Shown: positions 22,561-32,504, counted from the first letter of the stretch. The stretch: 64,000 nt of DNA from Minisyncoccota bacterium (GCA_041674105.1 JBAYWK010000001.1:1136-65135); one strand, 5' to 3'. Made by a program: numbers and translations. Notes: generated by a model not told the origin, from the letters alone.

Positions 22561-23003
22561 ACCATTTGACTTTTCTAAGAAAAAGGTATAGAATAGTAGT
22601 GTAAGTTATTTGAAATTTAGAAACGGAACCTCTTTTCTTCCCTGTCGGCCAAAGGCCCATAGCAAAGAGAGGGGTAGCTGGTAATTAACTAGCTTATTGT
22701 ACTTGTCTGTACAATAACTTCGCTTCTCTCAAGATGTAAAGATATGAAAATATTTAATGTTTTGGGATGGGGCATGTTAATTATTATGCTAAAGTTCCTG
22801 TCCCCAGAGATTTACTCTGGTATCAAGGGCACCCTCGTAGTGTTCTTTGATACTATACAAACCGTCCTTTCTGTAGGAAAGGACTCGATGACAGCTGGAG
22901 TGATACTTCCACAAGTAACACTCCCAAATTAAAAAACGCCCCGAACATTTTTATGTTCGGTTTGTTTTTTAATAGAAAACTTTTACAAAAATATTTTACT
23001 TTA

Positions 23004-23351
23004 TTAGTCCCTCCCGCTTCCGCCAAAAGCCCCAAAAACTGCATTCACTACAGACAAGGTAAGGGCAAACAAAAGTGCCCACCAAAAACCATCAACAGTA
23101 AACCCTGGAACAATAGTTGAAGCCAGCATAACAAGGAGGCCGTTTATCACTAAAGTAAAAAGACCTAAAGTTAAAATATTAATCGGTAAAGTCAAAATAA
23201 CAAGCACCGGTTTTATGAAAGCATTTATTGCTCCTAAAACTACAGCCAAAACTAAGGCAACCAAAATACCACTAACATATACCCCTGGTAAAATGTAGGC
23301 TGAAATCATTATGGCGATAGCTCCTATAAACCAATTTAAAAATATTTTCAT
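23004..23351 (-). CDS. DUF360 family membrane protein (phage holin-like family)
   Basis: 115 aa with 4 TM helices and the MKIFLNWFIGAIAI...GFWWALLFALT pattern of PF04020. Confidence 0.55.
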   Translation of the reverse strand: MKIFLNWFIGAIAIMISAYILPGVYVSGILVALVLAVVLGAINAFIKPVLVILTLPINILTLGLFTLVINGLLVMLASTIVPGFTVDGFWWALLFALTLSVVNAVFGAFGGSGRD

Positions 23352-23376
23352 AACCTCATTATACCATAAAACCAGT

Positions 23377-24396
23377 TTAATCGAATAAGTTCACCAGATA
23401 TTTATCAATATCTCTCTGGTCCATATCATAGAAATCTATTTTGTTATTATACAAATATGTAGCTAGTTTTACTCCAACAAACCTCCAATGCCATGGTTCA
23501 TAAACATAATAATCATTGCCTTCTGGATAAGAGAGAATGAAACCAAATTTGTAAGCATTTTCCTGCATCCATTTATAAGCTTCAGTTTTATCAAAACCAT
23601 TTAGCTGGCCTTCTAATCCTGTTGTAATAAAATCTGCAGTAGTTCCCATTTGATGCTCAGAGTACCCTTGATCAGCTGAAAAAGAATTTGCAGAGCCGGC
23701 ACCAAATGTCACAGTGTAATAAGACTTAAGAGATTGTTGTTCAGAAAAAGATCTATAAGCAGATTTTACATAAAGTTTTATATTATTGCTTTTTGCACTA
23801 TCTAACATAAGTTTCAAATACGGCCAGGCTTCGGACATGAATTTTTCGGTCCTTGAAGAACTATAAGCATACTCTGTGGGGATTTCTGTAATATGAGCTG
23901 GAGCATAGTTTTCATTTAAAAAATATACTTTGGAATATTTTTTTAAAAGTTCAGGGTCAATTTTAGACAGTTTTTCCAACGTTCCAACTGTACCAGAAAT
24001 TGTTCCTACAGTCTGCTCTACTCCCCCAACCTGATTTTTAACAGCATCAACATTTTTTTGAGTACTGGAAAGAGTGTCAGAAAGTCCTGTGGCCTGTTGT
24101 TTTAAGTCTGTTATATTTTTAGAGACTTCGCCAAAATTTTGACTCAGAAAATTTGTTGTAGATGCCAATTCAGAATTTATAACTAACACCCTATTTGTCA
24201 GACTTGAAATTTTGAAAAATTGAAAAATAGACAACCCGCCAAGTAGTATAAACACAATAAGTGCCGGAATGATGTTTGGAAGATTATGTTGTATATATTT
24301 TTTATAATTCACTCTTATATTATAACACTTAAATCTATTAGCATCATAATAAAAAGGCGGCCCGCAATTGAGGGCCGCCTTTAAACTAAATAACAA
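23377..24396 (-). CDS. D-alanyl-D-alanine carboxypeptidase / VanY-like M15 peptidase, membrane anchored
   Basis: SEHQMGTTADF and PWHWRFVG motifs fit M15B/VanY, with an N-terminal TM helix. The true start may be the GTG near 24303, because a strong hairpin lies inside the annotated 5' end. Confidence 0.65.
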   Translation of the reverse strand: MLFSLKAALNCGPPFYYDANRFKCYNIRVNYKKYIQHNLPNIIPALIVFILLGGLSIFQFFKISSLTNRVLVINSELASTTNFLSQNFGEVSKNITDLKQQATGLSDTLSSTQKNVDAVKNQVGGVEQTVGTISGTVGTLEKLSKIDPELLKKYSKVYFLNENYAPAHITEIPTEYAYSSSRTEKFMSEAWPYLKLMLDSAKSNNIKLYVKSAYRSFSEQQSLKSYYTVTFGAGSANSFSADQGYSEHQMGTTADFITTGLEGQLNGFDKTEAYKWMQENAYKFGFILSYPEGNDYYVYEPWHWRFVGVKLATYLYNNKIDFYDMDQRDIDKYLVNLFD

Positions 24397-24596
24397 ACCT
24401 AATTTTTCTAGCTTCTATTTTTCTTTCCTTTTTCTTTATTTCCGAAAAACGTCTATAGCACCTCTTGAGCATAGATACAAGAGATCTCACTTCCATGAGT
24501 CTAACAGTTCTTTTCCTTCTGTACATTATGAAGCCTCCATTCCAAATAATAGCACAAAATAGATAAAGGGCCCGCCATAACAGCGAGCCCTTGTTT

Positions 24597-24929
24597 TTAG
24601 TCCTTTGGCCAACCGGCCATCACGGACTCGAGTCCCAAGAATATTTCACCCCTTCTGGGAGTACCCTTCTCAAGAACTCGCCGAAGTTCTCCCCTGAGAA
24701 TTCGAAAACAAGTGTGAGGTATCCTGGATATAATGTGACGAATGTCCCTCAAAACCTCCTCCCTATTCGGGAGATGGGAGGATTTAATAACCCTCACAAT
24801 ATCTTCAACTTCTCCGATGAACTTTTCCTTATCTTTTTGTCTACAATCCTCTTCTAGAGGTTTATTACGAGGTTTCCTTACTACCCCGCGCCCCCTAAAA
24901 TAGGACGATGACTGAACTCTGGTAGACAT
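24597..24929 (-). CDS. Hypothetical basic protein in a locally GC-rich segment
   Basis: 110 aa ORF with a good RBS (aggaaGGAGtctcagATG). It is flanked by GC-rich hairpins and has no recognisable family. Confidence 0.35.
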   Translation of the reverse strand: MSTRVQSSSYFRGRGVVRKPRNKPLEEDCRQKDKEKFIGEVEDIVRVIKSSHLPNREEVLRDIRHIISRIPHTCFRILRGELRRVLEKGTPRRGEIFLGLESVMAGWPKD

Positions 24930-24973
24930 CTGAGACTCCTTCCTATCTTATTAAATACCTTTTATAGAAAAAA

Positions 24974-25279
24974 TCAACCTAATACTCTAATACTGAAAAT
25001 CACGAAATCATCTAAAAATATCTTTTCTTTTTTCCTCACCTTAGCTTTCAGAGGAAGCAAATAGGTTTCAGACTTTTTATCTGGAAATATAGAAGTATTC
25101 CATTTACTTTTACCGAGAATAACTAAGACAGGTAATGATCCAAAACCTCTTTTTAAACTTCCAAATTTTACTTTTATCTCACTTGCTTCTTTTTTTGGTA
25201 TAGTCAAAAAATGCCAACCAGACATTCCTGGATAAAGCCAAACCTCCGACCTAATTTTAAAAATTTTTTTGACCATCAC
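24974..25279 (-). CDS. DUF1905-like small protein
   Basis: 101 aa; GWHFLTIPKKEASE...GSLPVLVILGKSKWNTSIFP resembles DUF1905. Confidence 0.4.
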   Translation of the reverse strand: MMVKKIFKIRSEVWLYPGMSGWHFLTIPKKEASEIKVKFGSLKRGFGSLPVLVILGKSKWNTSIFPDKKSETYLLPLKAKVRKKEKIFLDDFVIFSIRVLG

Positions 25280-25285
25280 GATCTA

Positions 25286-25522
25286 CTAAAACAAACTCAA
25301 TTTCTTTTCCCTTTTCCAGCGCTTTATCTCTGCTTCACGCTTTCTTGCTTCTCCCAAAGTTTCAAACTTTTCAGAATATTTTAGAGTTACTGGGCGACGG
25401 ATTTTGGTGTAATGTGCACCTACTTTTGAATTATTATGTTGCTCTAACCTTTTCTCAAGATTATTTGTAGAACCTACGTAAAGACTTTTATCAGAACATT
25501 CCAAAATATAAGTGAAGTACAT
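25286..25522 (-). CDS. GIY-YIG nuclease domain protein
   Basis: MYFTYILECSDKSLYVGSTNNLEKRLEQHN is the canonical GIY-YIG motif; 78 aa. Confidence 0.75.
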   Translation of the reverse strand: MYFTYILECSDKSLYVGSTNNLEKRLEQHNNSKVGAHYTKIRRPVTLKYSEKFETLGEARKREAEIKRWKREKKLSLF

Positions 25523-26002
25523 ACAATAATTATACCTCGTTACAATTCTTTTGTATTCTCAGTATTATTTTATGGAATCCCTACCTATATGTATTTGCTA
25601 CAGTAGTTGTGTCCCCCACAGTAAACATAAAGTTTGTGATTTCTGGATATGCTCCGCTGAACGAATATATTGCTACATTTTTAATAAGATAAAGATAACT
25701 ATTTCTCACGCTTTGCAGCTTGGTCTACAGCAATACCAATAGCCAATCCAAGAGCAATACCTAGACCCATATTATCAATAACAGAACCAAAGACGACTCC
25801 CAAAGCTATTCCTACTCCAATCCATAGTCCGTCTTTATATTTTTTTGTTGTTTCTTGTTTGAGTTGTTCATATTAATAGCATACCATACAAAAAAATCAC
25901 TAGAGAAGATTCAGTAATTTTTAAAAAACAGCAGCTGACCCTCTGGTACGAAATTGGAACAACAGCTTTAAATCAATATAAAAATGTGTGTGTCAAATGG
26001 TG

Positions 26003-26073
26003 CTGCCAGACTTGGACTCGAACCAAGATACTCGCCTCCAGAGGGCGAAGTCCTACCATTAGACGATCTGGCA
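26003..26073 (-). tRNA. tRNA-Gln (anticodon CUG)
   Basis: The reverse complement folds as a cloverleaf: acceptor TGCCAGA/TCTGGCA with a U1-A72 pair, D stem GTCT/GGAC, anticodon stem TCGCC/GGCGA with loop CTCTGGA, T arm CTTGG-TTCGAGT-CCAAG. Confidence 0.8.
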
Positions 26074-26383
26074 ATTATTAAAACAATTCTCAGAATACTC
26101 TAAAAACTCCTTTTTTACAATAAAAAAGACACTGGCTCGTCTCAACGAAACCAGTGTCATGATAGAGAAGCTCAGGAGGCGAATCTAGAGAAATCTCTCT
26201 ATCACTTTTTTATTATAACAAAAAAGGCGCCGTACTCCACACTAAAGATACGGCGCCGAGATGAAAGGAGGAGAAACTCGAAAAAACCTCCTTTTATCTC
26301 TTAACTCTATTACATCATATAATGAAAAAATAAGCAAATTTAGTTTTATGCCAAAATTACCTCTAGTTTGGCTAAACAAAAGC

Positions 26384-26410
26384 CCAGGCAAGACCTGGGC
26401 TTTTGTTTTA
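26384..26410. terminator. Bidirectional rho-independent terminator (AAGCCCAGG-caaga-CCTGGGCTT with T-runs on both strands)
   Basis: Perfect 9-bp GC-rich stem flanked by A/T runs. It lies directly 3' of the 43-aa minus-strand ORF. Confidence 0.6.
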
Positions 26411-26539
26411 TAAATCCTTAGATGCTTCATCTGCATCTCTTTCTCTCTCTTCTTCCAATCTTTTTTTCTCAGCATCTATTTCTTCCTCATGCCTTTCCTT
26501 CATTTCATCAACTCTTTCTTCTTCATTGTCTATATCCAT
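26408..26539 (-). CDS. Small acidic protein (43 aa, MDIDNEEERVDEMKERHEEEIDAEKKRLEEEREKDADEASKDL)
   Basis: ORF below the track threshold, found by manual translation. It is followed immediately by a strong terminator and resembles a second 43-aa acidic ORF at 16906..17037. Confidence 0.3.
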   Translation of the reverse strand: MDIDNEEERVDEMKERHEEEIDAEKKRLEEERERDADEASKDL

Positions 26540-26717
26540 ATATTTTTATAATTAAACTAATAAATAATCTGTCATTCTGATATTAAAATCATTCCAGTAT
26601 ATGTATTTTAACAAACCTGTAAAAAAAGTGCCATAGTAATGGAGAGTCCGTGGCACTGGCTGAGTATAGACCGGCAAGATCTAGATACAAAATAATATTA
26701 TTATACTTTTTTGTAAA

Positions 26718-28355
26718 CTACCCCAAGCAAGCAGAAATAAAAGCTGTAAATAAAGGATGAGGATTCATTGGGCGGGCTTTAAACTCTGGATGAAATTGCG
26801 TCCCAAGAAAAAATGGGTGGATATTCTTTGGAAGCTCGGCTATTTCCATAAGTCTGCCATCAGGAGATGTACCAGAAAATATTAAACCAGCTTTTTCTAT
26901 CTCTTCTACGTACTGGTTATTTACTTCATATCTGTGTCTATGCCTTTCAGATATTTCAGATACTCCATAAGAATTTCGAGCTATAGTCCCCTCTTTCAAA
27001 AAAGCTTTATACGCACCGAGCCTCATAGTCGCTCCATACTTCCCATCTTCCAAAATTTTCTTCTGATCTGGCATCACATCTATCACCACCTTAGATGAAT
27101 TAGGATTTATTTCTGCAGTATTGGCATCTTTCCAGCCAACTACATTTCTAGAAAACTCAATCACAGCCAACTGCATTCCATAACAAAGACCAAGATAAGG
27201 AATTTTATTAACCCTTGCATAATTTATAGCCATTATCACACCTTCTATACCTGATTCACCAAAACCTCCTGGAACAATAATCCCATCGTATTGTTTCAAT
27301 TCTAGAACTTTTTTAGGATCATTTTCATAATCTTTAGAATTTATCCATGTTAATTTTGCTCTAGCATCTTTCCAGAAAGATGAAAATTTGACCGCTTCTA
27401 TGACAGACACATAAGCATCTGCCAGAACAAAATCTCCTGTATCAAAATACTTTCCTATCACAGCTATCTTTAATTCTTTCTTGGCTCTAGTTCTTTTATT
27501 TACAAATTTCTTCCATTCTTTTAGATTTTCTTCTTTCGATTTTGCACGCAAATGCAAAGATTTTAAAATAGTTCCACCTATTTTATCTTTTTCAAAATTC
27601 AAAGGAACATCATAAATGCTCTCTATATCCGGTGCAGAAATAACATTATCTGCAGAAATAGCACAAGCCATAGCTATTTTCTCTTTCCTTTTACTATCCA
27701 GCGGAAGTTTACTTCTGGCTATTATTATATCCGGTTGAACACCATATGAGTTTAGTTGTCTTGCAGCATTTTGAGTCGGTCTTGTCTTCATTTCGCCCAA
27801 AGAGCCTGGTATTGGAAGATACGACACCATTATAAAAATAACATCTTGAGGTTGTTTTATTTTCAATGTCCTGGCCGCTTCTATGAAAAGAATATTCTGA
27901 TAGTCCCCTATTGTTCCACCTATTTCTATAAGAGAAATGTCTGACTCGTGGACATCAGCTGCTTTTTTAATTCTTCTTATTATTTCCTCTGTAATATGAG
28001 GAATAGCTTCTACACATTTCCCTTTGTATCCTAGGTTTCTTTCTTTTTCTATAACATGTTTATATATCGTGCCAGAAGTCATATAATCCGTAGGACCTAA
28101 ATCCATCTCTAAAAATCTTTCGTAGTTTCCCATATCCTGATCTGTCTCAAGTCCTGAATCAAGCACAAAAACTTCACCGTGTTCGGTGGGGTTCATGGTA
28201 CCAGCATCCACATTTAGATATGGATCTACTTTAATAGGGTTTACTTTATACCCTTTACTTTGAAGTATTTTTCCTATGGACGACGAAGCTATACCTTTAC
28301 CAACTCCTGACATTACACCTCCTACAACAAATATATATTTATGGTTTTTTTTCAT
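26718..28355 (-). CDS. pyrG: CTP synthase
   Basis: N-terminal synthetase domain (FVVGGVMSGVGKGI) and C-terminal glutamine amidotransferase (GLCYGMQ, FHPEF); 545 aa. Confidence 0.95.
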   Translation of the reverse strand: MKKNHKYIFVVGGVMSGVGKGIASSSIGKILQSKGYKVNPIKVDPYLNVDAGTMNPTEHGEVFVLDSGLETDQDMGNYERFLEMDLGPTDYMTSGTIYKHVIEKERNLGYKGKCVEAIPHITEEIIRRIKKAADVHESDISLIEIGGTIGDYQNILFIEAARTLKIKQPQDVIFIMVSYLPIPGSLGEMKTRPTQNAARQLNSYGVQPDIIIARSKLPLDSKRKEKIAMACAISADNVISAPDIESIYDVPLNFEKDKIGGTILKSLHLRAKSKEENLKEWKKFVNKRTRAKKELKIAVIGKYFDTGDFVLADAYVSVIEAVKFSSFWKDARAKLTWINSKDYENDPKKVLELKQYDGIIVPGGFGESGIEGVIMAINYARVNKIPYLGLCYGMQLAVIEFSRNVVGWKDANTAEINPNSSKVVIDVMPDQKKILEDGKYGATMRLGAYKAFLKEGTIARNSYGVSEISERHRHRYEVNNQYVEEIEKAGLIFSGTSPDGRLMEIAELPKNIHPFFLGTQFHPEFKARPMNPHPLFTAFISACLG

Positions 28356-28370
28356 CGTCTTTTCAAATTA

Positions 28371-29297
28371 TCAAATTTTTAAATATTTTCTGACAGCTAG
28401 GAAACTTGAGATAGCCCCTATGCCAACTCCAGAAAGTACCAAAATCAGAAAAATTTGACCAAAGTTTGATGTGTAGTATGTAAAAACATTTAGACCGACA
28501 AAAAAGTCTGCTGTAGTTTTACCAAGCCACAGAGTAATTGGGTAAAATAGTATGAGGGTAATAATAGCTGAAACAAAACCATACAAAGCTCCTGTCACAA
28601 AGAAAGGGCTGCGGATATACCCTGTACTAGCTCCAACAAGCCTCATCACTGATATTTCATCCTTTGACATATAAATAACCAGGCGGATTGTATTGAAAGT
28701 AATAAGTATAGAAATAAAGATTAAAATAATATTTAATATCAGACCAAGTCTGTTTGCTGAACTTATTATCTTTGTTAGACGGTCTATAGCATTTTTGTTT
28801 TGATAATAATTAACTTTATCCACTATCACGCTACCATCTTGACCTATTATGTTTGTTCCCTGCAAAAACTCAGCAATACTTGCATACTGAGATGGATCTT
28901 TAGCTCTTATATTTAGAGCAGCTCCCAATGGATTTTCACCCAACTCATCTAATGCCTGCAAAGTAAACTCATCATCTCCGTGGCGACTTCTAAAATTTTC
29001 TAGAGCTTGCTCTCTAGAGACATAAGTAACAGGAGGTAAAACCTCTGGTAGTTGCTCTAGCTTACTTTTCAATACTAGAATATCTGATTCTTTAGCTGAA
29101 TTTATAAAATAAACATTTACATCTACTTTTTCTTTTATTTGGTCTAATGTGGACTTAAGTATGGCCCCAGAAAAAATAGTTGAACCGATAACAAACAAAG
29201 TAACAACCATAACCAAGGTTGAAGAAAGGGAGACAAAACTATTTCTCCAAAAACCAAAGAAACCTGCACGAACCACTCTTTTTATAGTAACTAACAT
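28371..29297 (-). CDS. ftsX: Cell division ABC transporter permease FtsX
   Basis: 308 aa with 4 TM helices and an extracellular domain. It is immediately downstream of ftsE. Confidence 0.8.
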   Translation of the reverse strand: MLVTIKRVVRAGFFGFWRNSFVSLSSTLVMVVTLFVIGSTIFSGAILKSTLDQIKEKVDVNVYFINSAKESDILVLKSKLEQLPEVLPPVTYVSREQALENFRSRHGDDEFTLQALDELGENPLGAALNIRAKDPSQYASIAEFLQGTNIIGQDGSVIVDKVNYYQNKNAIDRLTKIISSANRLGLILNIILIFISILITFNTIRLVIYMSKDEISVMRLVGASTGYIRSPFFVTGALYGFVSAIITLILFYPITLWLGKTTADFFVGLNVFTYYTSNFGQIFLILVLSGVGIGAISSFLAVRKYLKI

Positions 29298-29304
29298 ATC
29301 ATTT

Positions 29305-29985
29305 TTATATTAAATATCTACCAGATTTATCGTCACGAATAATTCTACCATTCTCCATCGTAATAACCCTCTTGCCCAAAGAGTCTATAACCCCTTTGTT
29401 GTGAGTAGTTAGAATAACGGTTGTACCCAAGTCGTGTATCTTTTTAAGAATCTGCACAATATCATAAGTATTTAAAGGATCTAGATTTCCAGTCGGTTCA
29501 TCAGCAATAATAACATCTGGTTGATTTACAATAGCCCTAGCAATAGCTACCCTTTGTTTTTCTCCACCGGAAAGTTCACCAGGGAAATTCCATATTTTTT
29601 TACCTAAATCAACTAAATCTAAAACATGAGGCACATCTGACTCAATCTCTTCATCTGTTCTACCAGCTGCTTCCATAGCAAAAGCTATATTTTCATAAAC
29701 ATTTTTGTGAGGAAGAAGTCTGAAGTCTTGGAAAACTGCACCTATTTTTCTACGATAATCATTTATTTCTTGTTTTCTCAAATGATGGACATCTATTGAT
29801 TCGTAAAAAACTTTACCTTCACTTGGTTTTTCTTCAGCCAAAAGCATCTTAATTAGAGTAGTTTTGCCTGCACCAGAGTGGCCAACAATAGAGACAAACT
29901 CATTTGGTTCTATTGTAAAGGATATATCTTCTAAAGCGATAGAGTCATCTGGATATATTTTAGAAACTTTATCAAAGTAAATCAT
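29305..29985 (-). CDS. ftsE: Cell division ABC transporter ATP-binding protein FtsE
   Basis: Walker A GHSGAGKTT, the LSGGEKQRVAIARA signature and Walker B IIADEPTGNLD are all present. Confidence 0.9.
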   Translation of the reverse strand: MIYFDKVSKIYPDDSIALEDISFTIEPNEFVSIVGHSGAGKTTLIKMLLAEEKPSEGKVFYESIDVHHLRKQEINDYRRKIGAVFQDFRLLPHKNVYENIAFAMEAAGRTDEEIESDVPHVLDLVDLGKKIWNFPGELSGGEKQRVAIARAIVNQPDVIIADEPTGNLDPLNTYDIVQILKKIHDLGTTVILTTHNKGVIDSLGKRVITMENGRIIRDDKSGRYLI

Positions 29986-30035
29986 ACTTCTTAGTATAAC
30001 TCATCCAAACCGATGGTGCAAAAATTAAAAAAGCT

Positions 30036-30908
30036 TTATTTTAAGTCTTTTTCTGCCTCTATAAACTCATCAATGTCTCCCTCAAGTACTTTTTGAACAT
30101 TATAAATTTCTACACCAGTACGATGATCTTTGACCATTTTGTATGGATGCAAAACATAAGAGCGGATCTGATTTCCCCATTCTATTTGAGTAGTTTTTGA
30201 AACATACATTCCTTTTTCTTTTGAAATCCTTTCATCTTCCAAAGCTTTGAATATTTTTCCGTACAAAATTTTCAAAGCCACTTCTTTATTTTGAGCTTGA
30301 GATCTTTGGTTGTCACTTTGAGCAGAAATATTTGTTGGAATATGAACAACCCTAACAGCTGTTTCTCTTTTATTCACATTTTGACCCCCTGGCCCAGAAG
30401 AACGGGAAAGCTCTACTTTTATTTCATCATCTGGAATTTCAATCTCAGAAATCTTTTCAAATTTCGGAACAACTTCTACCATAGAAAAAGATGTGTGTCT
30501 GAGACTCTTTGCGTTGAAAGGAGAGATCCTAACTAGACGATGAACTCCTGATTCCCCTTTGAGTGTTCCGTAGGCCCTTTTACCAGATATTTCTATTGTC
30601 ACATTTCTAAAACCTCCATGATCATTTTGGTTCTCGTGAAGTAGTGTGACATTAAAATTTTTCCTATCACAATATTTCAAATACATATTTAAAAGTATTG
30701 CCGAAAAATCTTCAGCGTCATCTCCTCCTGCCCCAGAAAAAATAGTCATTAAAGCACTTCCTCCATCATATTTACCTTCACCGACAATTTCTGCTTTCAA
30801 TTCTGCTATACGACGAATAACCTGCTGAGCAAGATCTTTGTCATTCCAAAAATCCGGCTGAGCCATCTTTTCCTCCAAACTTTGTAATTCTTTCTTCAAT
30901 TCTTCCAT
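30036..30908 (-). CDS. prfB: Peptide chain release factor 2 (short form, single ORF)
   Basis: It carries the SPF tripeptide anticodon motif (RISPFNAKSLRHTSF) and the GGQ motif (SGPGGQNVNK). No upstream +1 frameshift site was found. Confidence 0.85.
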   Translation of the reverse strand: MEELKKELQSLEEKMAQPDFWNDKDLAQQVIRRIAELKAEIVGEGKYDGGSALMTIFSGAGGDDAEDFSAILLNMYLKYCDRKNFNVTLLHENQNDHGGFRNVTIEISGKRAYGTLKGESGVHRLVRISPFNAKSLRHTSFSMVEVVPKFEKISEIEIPDDEIKVELSRSSGPGGQNVNKRETAVRVVHIPTNISAQSDNQRSQAQNKEVALKILYGKIFKALEDERISKEKGMYVSKTTQIEWGNQIRSYVLHPYKMVKDHRTGVEIYNVQKVLEGDIDEFIEAEKDLK

Positions 30909-31040
30909 ATAAAAAATGAGTATAGCAAAAAAATGAACCCGGAACCAATATAAAATTGATACCGGGTGCGTTACTTCGGAAAATTATCCTGTTTTACGCT
31001 TTAATGATTTTGCCATTATTAAAATAAAAAGACAATAACT

Positions 31041-31114
31041 GAGCCGATGAAGAGACTTGCACTCTTGACCTCACCCTTACCATGGGTGTGCTCTACTGCC
31101 TGAGCTACATCGGC
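31041..31114 (-). tRNA. tRNA-Thr (anticodon GGU)
   Basis: Reverse complement GCCGATGTAGCTCAGGCAGTAGAGCACACCCATGGTAAGGGTGAGGTCAAGAGTGCAAGTCTCTTCATCGGCT, with anticodon loop ATGGTAA. Confidence 0.8.
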
Positions 31115-31154
31115 TTTAGTGAAATACTACCCATAAAATACTGCACAAAAACCC

Positions 31155-31844
31155 CTACTCTACCTTCTTTTGAGCCGATAGAAGATTTCCATATTTTTGT
31201 AGAAAATATATTCCTAAAGCCGCTGCCACAAAAGAAAAGACGATAAGTGGTGCTGTGCCGATACCCTTTATATTGAGTAGTATAGTTGTGGCATAAGAGG
31301 TAGCAAAAGCAAAAAACAAAGCAAAAGGAAAATGAACCAACATAAAAGTTCTAAACTTTACCTTACTTAGACCAGCTACATAATTTACAATGTCTGGAAA
31401 AGTAATAAGAACAACATGAATTATAAAAAGTCCTTTGACTGTAGACATTGAATCTAAAATTTTTGGTATAAGAGCCTCTTCTTTTTTTGAAAACAATTTT
31501 AAAACAATACCTCGACCAAAAGTACGGGCTATAGCAAAACTAGCAGCTGCTCCTATCATATCCCCTATAAATACATAAATGGCTCCCCACACAGGGCCAT
31601 ATATAGCCGCTCCTAAAATATAAAAAGGTGTCCCATTTATAGGAGCTACGACCAAAGTCAAAACTTTTGCAAAAATTAAAATAAGAGGTCCAAATATGCC
31701 AAGCCTGTCTATAAACTCAGAAATCATATCTACCTGTACAAACTTAAATGAAATGTATACAAGAAAAATACCAAAAACAATCCCAAAAAGTGTTTTTATT
31801 GTTAGTTCTTTTCCAAAACCCTTTATGTCTTCAGATATAACCAT
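31155..31844 (-). CDS. DedA / TVP38-TMEM64 family membrane protein
   Basis: 229 aa; FGPLILIFAKVLTLVVAPINGTPFYILGAAIYGPVWGAIYVFIGDMIGAAASFAIAR is typical of SNARE-associated/DedA proteins. Confidence 0.65.
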   Translation of the reverse strand: MVISEDIKGFGKELTIKTLFGIVFGIFLVYISFKFVQVDMISEFIDRLGIFGPLILIFAKVLTLVVAPINGTPFYILGAAIYGPVWGAIYVFIGDMIGAAASFAIARTFGRGIVLKLFSKKEEALIPKILDSMSTVKGLFIIHVVLITFPDIVNYVAGLSKVKFRTFMLVHFPFALFFAFATSYATTILLNIKGIGTAPLIVFSFVAAALGIYFLQKYGNLLSAQKKVE

Positions 31845-31908
31845 AATTTAACCAGTATAACAGGAAGATGAATTTAGACAAAGCAAAAGTCCGCAGAGAG
31901 TTTTCTCA

Positions 31909-32040
31909 TCTGCGGACTTCGTTTAGAAACTTCTCAAACCACATTGGCTTGAAAGTTTCTGGCGTTGGTTTTTGGCTTTGCCGACCTAAAGCTAGGCCGA
32001 CAAAAATTGAAGCAAGAAGAAGAAAAATTATATTTTCCAT
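31909..32040 (-). CDS. Small hydrophobic protein (43 aa) followed by a strong terminator hairpin
   Basis: Manual translation gives MENIIFLLLASIFVGLALGRQSQKPTPETFKPMWFEKFLNEVRR. The hairpin GTCCGCAGA...TCTGCGGAC plus a T-run overlaps the stop. The plus-strand ORF 31868..32104 in the track looks spurious. Confidence 0.3.
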
Positions 32041-32301
32041 CTTTACCCTCTATCCTCTATTATATCATAATTTAAACTTAAATGCAAGCAAAGTGAATTG
32101 CTAATGCCTACATCTATAGTAAAAAATCAACTACTTTAGGAACCCACATCTTTTGGGTGGCTAACAATATTAAGCCGATAATGATCAAAATAAGCAAGAA
32201 AATCCTTATAAATTTTATCCATTTCATACATAAATTATATCATAGCTTCATGTCTGTAAGATGTGAATTTTTATTGGATTAAAAGATGGGTAAAAACGAT
32301 G

Positions 32302-32376
32302 CGCGGTCGACCGGACTTGAACCGGCAGCCTCTCCCGTGACAGGGGAGTGCTCTAACCAAATTGAGCTACGACCGC
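32302..32376 (-). tRNA. tRNA-Asp (anticodon GUC)
   Basis: Reverse complement GCGGTCGTAGCTCAATTTGGTTAGAGCACTCCCCTGTCACGGGAGAGGCTGCCGGTTCAAGTCCGGTCGACCGCG, with anticodon loop CTGTCAC. Confidence 0.85.
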
Positions 32377-32504
32377 ATTTTTATATACTTATCAAATTGC
32401 CTTTTCTTTCTATGTAGGTAAATAGGACAACCACTAACATTATACATATAATTATAAATTTTCAAAATAAACTACAAAAATTAAAAAAATGATATAATTT
32501 ACAT

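Noticed and set aside
22250-22660. Longer 136-aa form of CsoR from the ORF track
   Set aside because: The N-terminal 46 aa run through the promoter/operator sequence and are hydrophobic junk. The Met at MKAEIKK is preceded by aggaag and a TATAAT -10.
26242-26475. 77-aa minus-strand ORF from the track
   Set aside because: It overlaps the bidirectional terminator and lies in a different frame from the better-supported 43-aa acidic ORF; low-complexity translation.
30908-31000. Programmed +1 frameshift site for prfB
   Set aside because: No CTT TGA or short upstream ORF was found; a TATACT -10 lies directly upstream of the ATG.
31868-32104. 78-aa plus-strand ORF
   Set aside because: The opposite strand carries a 43-aa hydrophobic ORF ending exactly at a terminator hairpin, which explains the region better.
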